DNA from: Massalongia carnosa
Taxonomy: Eukaryota
Length of the DNA stretch: 64,000 bases
Reading direction: 5' to 3'
Assembly: GCA_965645245.1 (NCBI GenBank)
Contig: OZ287069.1
Span: 744,001 to 808,000 of the forward strand
In this document: in pieces, positions 1-11,867 of the stretch
How the letters are laid out: the number at the start of each line of letters is the position of its first letter
Position numbering within the stretch: the stretch's first letter is position 1
Position numbers and translations under genes: made by a program
The notes under the pieces: model-generated
The model's input: only the letters and a program-made list of their open reading frames with translations
Database searches by the model: none
Told to the model about the DNA's origin: nothing

Positions 1-2191
1 CCTTGGACGCAGTCATAGGGGTGCTCGGGGTTCGTGTTGCGCCGAGCTTTGGAGGCGGAGTGAGATTCCCCAAGTTCATCAAACTTGGGCCGTCATATAA
101 CGCAGCAATTTTTGCAGCTGTCGGGGTGCTGAGAGGGAGAAGATTCAATGGCGGCAACCGCAAAGGCTGTAAGGTTCTTCGACTATTATTTATCCCTCCA
201 CTTGTTTTTCTGTCAACTCCAGAAGTAGCTCCAAGCGTATCGCCTCTCCTTTGCCGGGTTTCTCGATTGGATTTTGCAACGTTGATCTCGACGGAGTGAG
301 TGGATACCCCATCAGCTGTAGAACTGCTTGCCTGACTAGTATTATCAAATGGCAAGCTCGATTTTCGGACTGAGAAGAAAGACTGATCAAACTCTCCCTT
401 TGGCGATTCATACGCTTTGGGGATTGCTGGAACCGGAGGCACTTCTTCTTCTCCGCCACCAGAACCATTTTCGCCCCAAATTTTCGGGGTAGGCAATCTC
501 GAGGTTGAGATGTTTTGTGAAATGCGTAAGGGCCCCATTGATGCTAGGAAAGAACTATAACTCGTGCTCGACGAATTTGAGATACCCGAGCTGTAGGACT
601 TTCGATTGGCTTCTGGCGTGGTTCGAGAGGATGATGGGGTGATACTTTTCCGACGAAACGAGGATGGTGAGCGAGCTGAAGACTGTGCTACTAAGCAAGA
701 TTGTTCTGGCTGTGGCGTAGATGGTGTAAAGGGTATTGGTGGTGGGTTTGGCATAACTGACATTCTCTTCATTCTACGGGCATCAGTAGGACTAATCGTT
801 CGAGCGCCTAAACCTGTAGCATGAGCAGTCCCGGGCATGATAGATAACCTTTTTGCAGATGACGGAGTATTTGTGCGACGGCCCGTCGATCTTCCAGCTG
901 ATCGAGTGGCGCTGACTGTCGGTGAGTTTGTATGATCAGAATTGCTAGAAGGCGTTGATAGAAAATCTTGCACTAGCCTTGGAGGTGGCTGGAAGGACTT
1001 GGTTCTCTTATCCCGAAGAGCCTCTGGTCTTCGAACCACTTCTATCGGGGTCCCATTTTGGATGCCAGAAGGCTCTCCAATGGACATATTTTCTGGTGGA
1101 TAGATCAGGGCGCAAGCACCTGTGTTACTCTCTTGCGCAAGGCTTGGACGTTGTTTTTGAGGCCCTTGATAGGAAAATTCTGATGTTAATATCCCTGGAC
1201 CAATGGACTTCCGAGGAGGCCTACCGATAGCTTCGTTTGTGACATTTGCTGCCGGAAAATGACTTTTCCGCCTTGCCTTTGTAGATATCGGTGGTCCCAT
1301 GTTGATTAAGGTCCCTGCTGGCTTAGACAATTGACTGGTATCACTATCTTGGCGTCGTACCAGCGAATTAGCACGGCTGATACGGCATCCAGGATCTAAC
1401 GGCTCTGTTCTCTTCACCGAAATGCTTATATTTGACCTATCATCGGACACCCTTTTTCGCGGCATGATAACCCCCCCACCCCCTAGCGCAGGAAACGAGC
1501 TTAGATCAGTCTCGTCAGAATCCAGGCTGTTGTGGAAATCATCAAATCGCAACGCTGGAGCGAAATCAAAGGAATCTGTATTTTTCGTTCCCTCGTGGTT
1601 ACCGGTGAGCGCCAAAGATGCAAAGCTAAACCTTGAAGTATCATTGATTGATGTTTGCCTCGGACGCGAGTCCTTAGGGACATTGGGTGCAAACGACCGT
1701 TGGGACGTCTGGGAACTCGAGAGCCTATCGTCGAATGGGCTGCGTTAGATAAAAGCCTTCTACAAGTTCGGTTCACCTTGGTTAAGAATGCTGTGACGTA
1801 CCGCTTCGAAGGAGAATTTTGTGATGAGCCGAGCCCTGGCGGTACCTTTTGATCTCTTGTTGACTGCCTCCTTCGATTACGAGAATTCGACCGTATGTCA
1901 ACCGCAGATTTTGTCAAAGGAGCGATATCTGGCCGGGGTAGAGATATTGCCCCATCGAATGTACTTTTCTGAAACCTCTTGGGCGGCCGAGCTTCACCTA
2001 CGAGGCCTGTAAGCAGTAGACCTATTATGCAGGTACCCGTTCAACCAGGGAATGTGCATACCTCGTGCGCTGCTATCTTCAATGCAAGCAGAAGCCGGCA
2101 CTCTTGCTTGGAGCTTGTAAAGTTCTCCGCCAGCAGTATCCGTACCGTTCCCGTTCGCCATATTATGCCCAGAGCTCACTCTTGTCGACAT
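1..2191 (-). CDS. Pom1/DYRK2-family protein kinase, long Ser/Pro-rich N-terminal region only (partial; gene continues off the left edge)
   Basis: Long minus-strand frame after an intron ending ctaacgcag (~1740). Hand-translated segments include AHATGLGARTISPTDARRMKRMS, EEEVPPVPAIPKAYESPK and LRLPPLNLLPLSTPTAAKI, which I recall from filamentous-fungal PomA-like kinases. The kinase domain is not in the window and the start codon is uncertain. Confidence 0.6.
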
Positions 2192-2642
2192 AGTAAATGA
2201 TGTACTCTGTAGCGAAGAAATCAAGGTAACTATCAAGCGGCAACGCTTGCTTCGGTGCGATGCTCAAGGTCCAGGTATTTCAGGAGGTACCAAACTGGCC
2301 AAAAGTGGTGACGGAGGGAAAGTGGCATATCATCATTAATATGAAAAATTCGTCATTAGCAACATCGTAAGAGGAGTTTGACGACGAAGATCTGCTGGCC
2401 TTCCTTGCTGACCATTGAAGATCAAGATTTCGATTTTAAACAAAGAAATCCTGCTTAGATCATCCTCAGTAGTCGTCTACTCAGTCGTTAGAGCGGCCCG
2501 CCATTTGGCTGTGCTTTCACCGTGGCTGGCGTTTCCCAAAAGGGAGGTTTTGGCGTTCAGACGCAGGGAAATCAAAACCCGACATGAACGACGGAAGACA
2601 GGGGGTGACATTTCCAGTTTAGGACTTGGGTGGGGATAGAGA

Positions 2643-2650
2643 TCACGTGA
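2643..2650. promoter_or_regulatory. Palindromic E-box TCACGTGA (Cbf1/bHLH-type site) in a divergent promoter
   Basis: Motif seen directly between two divergently oriented genes; function inferred. Confidence 0.35.
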
Positions 2651-2922
2651 ACCGATACCTTGCCTACGTACTCTGTACTCCCTACACTAAAATTTAGTCC
2701 AGCTTCTCATGATGTGTTCCAAAAAGCTAGGTACTCGTCATTCGAGCTTAACAAACTATCTTCTCTACCAGGAATCTGGGTTGCAATGATATGAACAGGG
2801 TCACGCCGCACAGATACTTCCCTCAATTAGGATAACTTTTATTTAAGCCGGCTAATTATGCCCATACAACAGAGGTATCAGTTTCTTGACTGTTCGTAAT
2901 CATACACAAACATCAAACCACA

Positions 2923-4870
2923 ATGGCCGATGCTGAGGATAGAGAGAAGTCGGAGAAGCTTGCGGCTGCAAAGAAGAGAGTATGAAGCAGCCTGCGTAGC
3001 TAGGTCCTTTACTGGGCAACAGTCCGAGCTGACTCATTTTTATCATAGTTTGAGCAGTTAAAGAAACAAAAAGACAAGAAGCAAAAGACCGAAGGTGCAA
3101 AAAAGAAAGATGAGCAGCATGGCTCCAAAGAAGAATCTGGTGAAGCTGGCGCATCTGAGGAAACTGAAGTTATAGCTGAACCGTCTCCTCCACGTCTAAA
3201 GGATGAACAAGTACATGACCCTTCTGAAGCTTCAAACCTGTCGTCAGGAACTACAGAAACCATAGAGTCTGGAGGGCCAGCCCAATCACCTATCAAACAC
3301 CCACACAACCGTCAGCCGTCCCTTAGCCTGCAGTCTCAGCTACGATCCTCATCGTTTCGGCGTACCTCGGTCTCACAAGTACCACTTTCACCTCCACTAA
3401 ACGGAAGCAAATCTCCTATCCTCCCGCTATTAAGTCCAGAGGGAGACTCTCTCAACGAGATCTACCGTAAACAAACCCTGCGACTCGAGGAACTGGAAAG
3501 AGAGAATCGAAGACTCACAAAAGATGCCCGAGAGGTTGAGACGCGGTGGAAAAAGGCTGAGGAAGAACTTGAAGAGTTGCGGGAGTCCAGTGGCGAGGTT
3601 GCGGAACTTAAGCTAAAAGCTGGAAGGGTTGATGCTAAGTCGGATGAAATCGAAAAGCTGGTATGTCAGCTACCCTACAGATGTTAGACATCAATACGTA
3701 TTAACCAATTATACCAAGAAAACCGAAAATACGTCTTTACAGCGTCAAATCGCTCAAATACAATCCCAATCCTCCAAGTCTACAAGGCACGCTTCGTCAC
3801 CAAGCCAAGTACATGGATTCTCTACCCCGGTATCTAAGCTTCAAGCTCAGCTTGATTCCAAAAACTTAGCAGTTGAATCAATGGAAATGGAAATATCAAC
3901 CCTCCGGTCTCAACTTGATAAAGCTACCTCTGCATACACATCACATCTTGACCAAGTGGCTGCCCTAGAAGAGAAGCTAGACAGGGCAGAACGCGCTGCA
4001 GGAGCTGCTCAGCGCGAGCTTCTAGATGTTAAGAAGAACCTTGATCGTGCCAGCGAAAAGGCAGTGAAGGAAGGTAGCCAGCTCACATCTGCTGAGACCA
4101 AGATCCGGAGCTTAGGACGCGAAGCTGACGAGTCGAAGAAGCTCGCAGAAGAGACTTTGAAGCGGGTAGAGACGCTAGAGAAGAAGCTTGCGGCTCTGAC
4201 GACCTTACATAAGGAATCTGATGGGCGACGACAAGCAGGAGAAAGGGACCGGGAAAAGCTTGAGAGAGATACTACAGAATTAAGGAAGCAGTTGGCTAGC
4301 GCTGAAAATGAAAATTCGCGCTTTCGAGAGGATAAGGAGCACTCGAAGAAAAGAGACTTCAGCGGTATCGACGATGACGGCGTGGATGAGCTGGAGGATG
4401 AGGAGCGTCGACGACTCGAAGATAAAGTTAGAGGGCTAGAGAGCGAGGTTTTTGATCTCAGGCGCGGAGTTTGGAGAGACCGAAGGAAGAACTTAAGCGG
4501 TACCGACGTCAATGATGGTCCCTCCAGCCCTGCTTCGAAATTCGACGATGTAGATCTTACCGGCGGCTCGACTTTATTTCGGAGACAAAGCCATTCCACC
4601 AACCGAAGCCAGGGATTCACGAACGTGCTTAGCAGCGGATTCAACGCCATTACCGGTGGGGGAAGACAGGAAAGCCAAGATCTACTCGATGGGCTAGATG
4701 ACGGCTTCGACGAAGATGCGTTTCGGCTGGCGCAGGAGGAGGAGTTACGGAAGCGTGTGGAGAGGGTACGCGAAGTGAAGAGGGCCTTGAAGGATTGGGA
4801 AGGTTGGAGGATGGATGTTGTGGATGCGAGGGTTGGCGGTGGAGGTATGGGGGAAATCTTTGATGTGTGA
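2923..4870 (+). CDS. Coiled-coil golgin, Bug1/GM130-like
   Basis: Exons 2923-2979, 3049-3660, 3719-4870 with GT..AG introns. N-terminus MADAEDREKSEKLAAAKKR, long heptad coiled coil, C-terminus LKDWEGWRMDVVDARVGGGGMGEIFDV. Confidence 0.75.
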
Positions 4871-5518
4871 ATCAAAGGTTTTGGCAGGCCTTTTTGGGTA
4901 GGGGTATTGGGGCAGTAGAGATATACTTGTATTTGTCGCAGGGCGTTCAGCGCGCTAACAATGGTTGAAAGAGCTTCGGAATACACCTTCCCAATCTTAG
5001 TGAGTTTGAGCCAGGTACCTATCTACCTGCCTACCTATTCGTTTACATACTTACGAAACACCTATCCTTCTCCCTGTCCACTTCTTGTCCTTATATACCA
5101 AGCGTACCTTTCCATTCCCCCTACATTACTTCCTTTGGCCCTTCATTCCACGGACTTTCCTTTGACCTCTTGTCGCATTTCCTTCAGGCCTTTCGTTTAA
5201 CCTCCCATTTGAGCTTCATTTAGTCTCTAATTCAATCTCCAGTTTGAACTCCCATTTGATACTCCGGTTAGTTTGACTCAAGATGATGATTGTAGGCTTC
5301 TCAAATATGCCTGGCATGACCAGGTACTTTCATTTGACTTATTTAATTTAAAATCTAGTAGAGCTACTGGTTATCCGAGTCTAATTGTTTCTTTATGGCT
5401 ATGGGAGTCTTTTGGTCATCGGAGTGGAGTGGAAGGATTGGGGGAACAATAAGAGCCGCGCGCTATGAGTTCGTGTCCACTCAATAACAGATCATCCTTT
5501 CTTGCCATTCCTGTAAAT

Positions 5519-5545
5519 AACAACAACAACAACAACAACAACAAC
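5519..5545. repeat. (AAC)9 microsatellite
   Basis: Direct read. Confidence 0.95.
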
Positions 5546-5801
5546 TGGACGTAGCTCAAAACTTTGAGAGACCTTTGGCCTGGTTGAAAAGCGAAGCACT
5601 TCAATTAATTGAGGGATAAGGGGGTTTTATCCTTTACTAAAATGTAGCTACTATAAAACTTGACCCCGAAAGATCTATGAACTCTCGATAGGACCACCGC
5701 CAATTCATCAAAACTCAAGACAAAATAAGACAACTTTCATTCATGCCCGCAATAATGAATCTCTGTTCTTTCCAGGGAACGGACTCTGCCTTTTAAAAAA
5801 T

Positions 5802-5867
5802 AAAATCAAAATCAAAATCAAAATCAAAATCAAAAGCAAAATCAAAAGCAAAATCAAAATCAAAATC
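5802..5867. repeat. (AAAATC)11 hexanucleotide repeat with two AAAAGC variants
   Basis: Direct read; lies just downstream of the P450 stop codon. Confidence 0.95.
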
Positions 5868-5898
5868 ATCGAAACTTAGAAGCGCTATCTCTCGCGCA

Positions 5899-7134
5899 TC
5901 AGTATGGCGCATGGCCAACTTGCAGTTGGTCGTAAGCTTGTCGATCTGAATCCAACGGTTCTGAGGCTTTAAAGCTTATATGACCCACCAACTTCCACGA
6001 GTCTCCACGAATGGACTCTGTCAAGGCGGCCACTAAAACACCTATCATCCTTGGTCCAAAGTCTCTTCCAGCAGGACAAGTAAATCTTCTACCCCCAAAC
6101 GGTCTAAAGGTTTTGAGAGCATCTGCACTTGGATCTTTCCACCTTTTAGGCTGGAACTCAGAACTCTGGAGACCCCAGATCGTTGAGTCTCGTTGACAGC
6201 GTTCAATATCTGCTGCAACGGTTCTTCTGGCTTTGGATTTTGAGTTAAGCTGGAAAGTGCGATACACTCGTCTTGTGGGAGGATAAAGCCTTAGGGCTTC
6301 GTTAACAATGAACGAGACTGGTGCCGCATCAGCTTCCTGAGTAGGTGATCTGAATTGATGTATTGTCGGCTCGGCGAGGTATAAGCTGAGCGCATGTTGC
6401 CATGCACGAGTTTCAGTCTGATCTCGAAATGTCACCTCCAGAAAACAACGGAGAACAACGCGCCAAAGGGTCTCGTATGCTGGAATGATAAAGTTCATTG
6501 GCGTTTCATTGGGCTTGAAGTATTCTCTATGAAAAAGTTTGGAAAGTGCTTTAGATTGCTTGCACTGCCAAAATGCAATTTGTGTACAGTTCGGGTTACG
6601 TGACTTGGAATACATCCAGAGCTTGTTGATGCTAGACGCCAGGTCCGACAAAGCTCCACCGTCTTGCTCCAATGGATCTCGATCAAACAAGACATATAGC
6701 GAAATTGCCATTGAAAGCGACTGGACGAGGGGTGTAAGGGGTATGCGGCCTAAGCTTCCTTCTGCCATATCAACGTGCCTGCTAACCAGTGTCTGCGCAA
6801 ATTTCGAAATATGACGCCATTTGTCGTCGCCAAGTCTAGAAATTTTTTGAGCGGCACCTGTCCGAAAGGCTTTGCAAAAAGCTTCATCGCTTGAGGTAAA
6901 AGCGTTGTTGATCCCAAATGCTTCAACAAGTCTCTTGTTTGGCAGGGCTCTGGATTCAAATGAGCTGATCAAGTTGTGGTCCCCTATATTGATCCCATCG
7001 CAATCAAGAATTCTGCCACAGATTTCTGGATCAGCATAATGCTGCTGCTCGTGCTCTTCGGCAGACTCAGCAGAAAGGAAGAGGAAGGCAAATAGCAGCC
7101 GAACCGCACTGCAAAGGTGTTCAAGAAGGTACAT
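5899..7134 (-). CDS. Short, divergent, intronless cytochrome P450
   Basis: 411-aa ORF with N-terminal hydrophobic anchor, I-helix-like PAYET, ExxR (NEALRLYPP), PxRW and heme loop FGGRRFTCPAG. Confidence 0.85.
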   Translation of the reverse strand: MYLLEHLCSAVRLLFAFLFLSAESAEEHEQQHYADPEICGRILDCDGINIGDHNLISSFESRALPNKRLVEAFGINNAFTSSDEAFCKAFRTGAAQKISRLGDDKWRHISKFAQTLVSRHVDMAEGSLGRIPLTPLVQSLSMAISLYVLFDRDPLEQDGGALSDLASSINKLWMYSKSRNPNCTQIAFWQCKQSKALSKLFHREYFKPNETPMNFIIPAYETLWRVVLRCFLEVTFRDQTETRAWQHALSLYLAEPTIHQFRSPTQEADAAPVSFIVNEALRLYPPTRRVYRTFQLNSKSKARRTVAADIERCQRDSTIWGLQSSEFQPKRWKDPSADALKTFRPFGGRRFTCPAGRDFGPRMIGVLVAALTESIRGDSWKLVGHISFKASEPLDSDRQAYDQLQVGHAPY

Positions 7135-8747
7135 TTCTAATTTATTTCGACGTATTTGGAGAACTATGTGCCAAGAGATTTACTCTACATCTACAGAGGA
7201 AATTCAACAATATCTTATACCCCGAACCGAACACCAATAAGAGCTTTTCATCCTTAGAGTCATGCATGGCTTGTGAGAGACGGCAATACACAGATGTCTC
7301 GGCATTCGTTTATTTGAAAATCATTCACTTAGCATCATAGTCATTGTTATCTTGTCTGCTTTCAATCGTCATTTTTAATGCCTATAGTTTGGTACCTAGC
7401 CTCACGGCTGACTCATAATCACAGTCACTTCAGTGTATATTTCTAGTTTACTAACCGTAGGCGTAAATGCTCAAGCTACTAAGGATATAATTAAAAAGAT
7501 TAATTTCAAAGACCTCTACAGGGTTCTTTTCGCTATCCGGATTCTTCAGTTCAAAACATACACCTGAGAGCGGTGGATGTAGACTTCTCCTATAGAATTG
7601 TCTTATCTTACTTTATTTTTGCAACCATCACCCTCGAAAGAGCGTGTCCCTATCAATGCCAAAGGATTTGTGTAACAAACTTCTTCAGTGTTCTATAAAC
7701 TAACAACTAAATATGGTTTCAGTCGGAATTTTCAGCCATATTCCACCAACGTCTTACAAATCCTTACCAAGCTTAGCAAGGATAAGAGCTACCCAGCGAA
7801 TCTAGGATAGGAAGATCCCTTATGATTCAGAATACAAGCCCAAGGAGTATAAAGAGTGGTCCTACATCATCTTTCCGGCCGCATGATAGATTAAAGTGTT
7901 CCAGGAGGATGTTATTTCGGTGAGCATTAGTTTCAGTCACTGGCTGTGCCGAAAAGGTGAACCACCGGAGAGGGTTGGTGCAGGCGCACAACTCTTGGTT
8001 GACATTTTCTTTGTTCTTTCTTGGTGATGTATGGACGCTAAGTGTTGAACCCCTCGTTCAGTTATGGGAACTATGCGTAGGTCGATTGATTGTTCTGCTT
8101 CTTTATGTTTCGCGGAGTATAGCCTAGAAAACATCTTGTGCATAGTATTGTCTCAGCATCCAGGGACCAGGCCCAGCTCTGGATCCACATATCTTCTGTT
8201 GGCACTTCGATCCGCTTCCTGGCCCATCCAGGTCTCTGGAACCCGATACAGCGCATAATCGTACGAACAAGGCGGTACTATAGATAGCTTGCCAAGCGGC
8301 GGCTATCCAGCTTAAACTATAGCTCTGGGTTTGAAAGATTTTGAGATTGGTTTCAAACATATCTACTCCGTTTGTGAAGGATTTCTTTGAAAAGAATGAT
8401 TTTTCACCGACTGGGCTGATCAAGTTGTAAGAAAAGTGAAAGAGACTACGTAAGAGGCAGGAGTAGATGGTGCATAGATAGGTTGAAGTAGGTTGAAGGG
8501 TAGGTAAATAGGCACCTAAGGAAGACAGGTAGATAGGGAGATAGTACAAAGTACTCATAGCCTCGTTCTCTGCCTGTAGGACCAGTCGGGCATAGGAATC
8601 ATTTACTCCGTACTTATAAGCTCTGAAGTTATTCAAAAGCCGGTAATCTTGTACCTCCCTAGATATCTAAACACTAAGCGACTAAACTCATTCAAGAAAA
8701 TTGCAGATAATCCCCTCTACCCAAGTCTCCACCCCACCAAACCCCAA

Positions 8748-9530
8748 ATGGCAACCGCCCCCACCCCCACCCCCACCCCCGACCCCGCCGCCAGCCTCGT
8801 TACAGCTCACATTCCCCTCCCCCCCCCTTTCACCAATACCGATCCGCCCCCCACGCTCCTTACCCAAGGAGCCGAAGCCCTCATCTACCGCACGCACTTC
8901 CTGCTCCCCAGCCACCCGTGCGCGCTCAAACACCGCCCCCCAAAACCCTACCGGCACCCGACCCTCGACGGGCGGCTGACGCGCCACCGGGTGCTAGGCG
9001 AGGCGCGCGCGCTGGTCAAGTGTCGCCGGGAGGGAGTGCCGGTGCCTGGGGTCTTGGGGGTAGGGTGGGAGGTTGTGGGGGGCGGGGGGTGGATGCTGAT
9101 GGAGTGGGTGGAGGGGAAAAGCGTGAGGGAGTTTTTAATGGAGAAGAAGGGGAGAGGGAAGGGGATGGAGGAGGAGAACGCTGGGGAGGTAAGAGGGTTG
9201 ATGGGGAGGATTGGGAGGGCGGTGGGGAAGTTGCATGAGATTGGGGTGGTGCATGGGGATTTGACGACGAGTAACCTGATGGTGAGGGAGCATGGGGGGG
9301 AGATTGTGCTGATTGATTTCGGGCTAGCGGTGCAGAGCGTGCAGGAGGAGGACAAGGCGGTTGACCTGTACGTGTTGGAGAGGGCGTTTGGGAGCACGCA
9401 TCCGGAGGCTGAAGCCGGGTTCAGGGAGGTACTGGAGGCGTATGAGGAGAGTTACAGGGGGGGCAGGTTGGTTTTGAAGAGGCTGGAGGAGGTGCGGATG
9501 CGCGGACGGAAGCGGAGTATGCTGGGATGA
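8748..9530 (+). CDS. BUD32: EKC/KEOPS complex kinase Bud32
   Basis: QGAEA, KPYRHPTLD..LTRHR, HGDLTTSN, IDFGL, EDKAVDLYVLERAF and the C-terminal VRMRGRKRSMLG. Confidence 0.95.
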   Translation: MATAPTPTPTPDPAASLVTAHIPLPPPFTNTDPPPTLLTQGAEALIYRTHFLLPSHPCALKHRPPKPYRHPTLDGRLTRHRVLGEARALVKCRREGVPVPGVLGVGWEVVGGGGWMLMEWVEGKSVREFLMEKKGRGKGMEEENAGEVRGLMGRIGRAVGKLHEIGVVHGDLTTSNLMVREHGGEIVLIDFGLAVQSVQEEDKAVDLYVLERAFGSTHPEAEAGFREVLEAYEESYRGGRLVLKRLEEVRMRGRKRSMLG

Positions 9531-9598
9531 AAGAGACGGTTTCGGGGATACATTGTGATGCACAGCTGGCCGCCAAACGTAAAGCTTATACATATATG

Positions 9599-10627
9599 CT
9601 ACAGGCCAACGGCGGACGCTGAGTCCAGAAGCTCTGCTGCTGCAAAGTAGCCCTTGTTCTCAATCACTCCTCGGTCACGAACGACTGCCGTGTATTTGAT
9701 CACCCATTGCGGCTCGACCTCCCCCTTTAGTCCTCCGGAGTCTTCCTCTGGCCCAGACAGCACACCAGCCCCTTCGGCATCGGATCCCAGAAGCTCTCTC
9801 ACCGCTCCCTTGGGCAGGATGTTGGTGCAGTCGTTGTGGGTCAACAGCTCGATATTCTCCTGTTTGGCATACAGTATCAACGATTTCGGCACGACGCAGC
9901 AATCTCGTACATTGATCTGGTCTACTGAGGGTCGGATTTTGGTTCTTGGTAAGAACTTTTCCAGTCGTTCGCTTCCGAACTCCGAGACTCCGATTTGCAA
10001 AACCAGGCGCTCGGAATGAAGCTGCTCAATTGCCCACCATGTCTCCACCATCGCATCGACATCCTCTACCTCACCGTTATTACTGCATTCTGATCCTTCG
10101 ACGTTCTCTTCGTCGTCCGCATCAAACGATACCCCTGGAAATGATACAATCAGGAGATCGATGGACAGTATATGTAACTCTTGCAGCACCAAACCTAATG
10201 CTTCCTTAGCATGCCTGCATCTCTCCAACGCGGAATTATTTGGCAGAAAAAACAATTTAGCCGTTATATCATATTGCGATCTCTCTTCCGCAAGTCCTGA
10301 CTGCGAGAAGTCGATGTAAGGTATGTAGAGCACATCACCCTCCCGGGCTGTCCACGCAACGTATGGAACGCTTTGTAACTTCTCGCCGTATTCTTGCACA
10401 TCTTTTGGATGATCGAATCCGTTGGTCATAGGCTGAAAGGCTTGTTTGGATGCTTCGCAATTTGATCTCAACGAATGAATCAGTTCGACATTGGATTTCT
10501 CTGTAGGCGGCCGTCGTATTATTGAGGGCTCGCCATTCATAATATTTCTTTACATTTAGCGCCTGTAAACTTATCCCGAAGGCCAAGAAGCGTAAACTCA
10601 CGAGGTGGAAAGGATCAATTTCGTCAT
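9599..10627 (-). CDS. Glutamate-cysteine ligase regulatory (modifier) subunit, aldo-keto reductase fold
   Basis: Exon 1 10627-10602 (MTKLILSTS), intron 10601-10548, exon 2 with YDITAKLFFL, IGVSEF, DQINVRDCCVVP, ELLTHND, WVIKYTAVVRDRGVIENKGY. Confidence 0.85.
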
Positions 10628-11075
10628 GGTAACTCTGAGAATGGCTAAGTGCCGGCGTGGCTTCTACGACCCAAAAGAGCTTGAGGAAAGTATCTTGTTT
10701 CCCAGGTACTCTAGTTAATGGCCGCCGGCGAGCTTTGATCAGCAAATAATCACAAATCGATACTCCTCCGGTGGAGATTGTTTGTTAGAAAATAGTTGAT
10801 ATTAGTGGTGAATCGAATAGCGAATATAAGGCCTAGGATAACTAGTCAAAATTACAGAGATTGAAACCAACACTATGATCAGGCAGCATAACTGAGAACA
10901 TTTTACTGTTGCATGTGAACCGGTAAAGATTTTTGCTTTCTTGAAAGTAGGCGGGGGTGGGGCAGATTGATTCCCCGGAAGAGTTTCAGGGTTTAGACCC
11001 TTACATTTTTTGCCTAAATTCATCGAATGTTTTTTCCCGTTAAATCTCTGTATGTAAAGCTACTGTTCCTTCAGC

Positions 11076-11867
11076 ATGGCCATCAAGTAAGTCCGAACGT
11101 CCATTCTCTCGGGTTGTTGCAAAAGATTTTACTGACAGGAACTCAGCTATCTCATCTTGTTGTCAAGACAAGGCAAAGTGGTATGCAACTTGTCACCCAC
11201 CACGTTAACAGACAGAAACTGATAAGAAGTGAAAAAAAGCGTCTCGCAAAATGGTTCACCACACTTTCTCCCAAAGACAAGGCCAAAATCATCAAAGATG
11301 TCTCTCAGCTGGTCCTCTCAAGGAGAACCCGCATGTGCAATTTCCTTGAATATAAAGGTGAGTATTATAGACCCTTCGTTGGGCAGGCATGTTCTGATTT
11401 TCCTTGTCTGCTAGATACCAAAGTTGTCTACCGACGCTATGCCTCCCTCTTCTTCATTGCAGGTTGTTCGTCGACCGACAATGAACTCATCACTCTTGAG
11501 ATTGTTCATCGTTATGTGGAGCAGATGGACAAGTACTACGGCAATGTTTGTGAATTAGACATTATCTTCAATTTCCAAAAGGCATACTTCATCTTGGATG
11601 AGCTACTATTAGCGGGAGAAATGCAAGAGAGCAGCAAGAAGAGCGTCTTGCGGTGCATTAGCCAACAAGACAGCCTTGAAGACATGGAGGTGAGTGGTCA
11701 GAGTGAAGCTGATCGTAAAGACCGCCACAATCATGGCCTATTCATAGCAAATTTGCAGCTAGTGTCTTTCTTACCAGTCCTTTAATACCTATTTCATTCA
11801 AGAGTCTCTGACTGACACAGTTCTACGTTTTCAGGTTGATGATGACACCATTACCAAGATCATGTGA
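11076..11867 (+). CDS. APS1: AP-1 adaptor complex sigma subunit
   Basis: Multi-exon gene: [11 protein letters not shown] / RLAKWF...[12 protein letters not shown] / [11 protein letters not shown]...[28 protein letters not shown]; stop TGA at 11865-11867. Confidence 0.92.

Noticed and set aside
4009..4986. 325-aa minus-strand ORF
   Set aside because: Ser/Leu/Phe-rich antisense shadow of the Glu/Lys-rich coiled-coil gene.
8124..8636. 170-aa minus-strand ORF
   Set aside because: Non-ATG start, low-complexity TAGG-rich promoter-type sequence, no domain.
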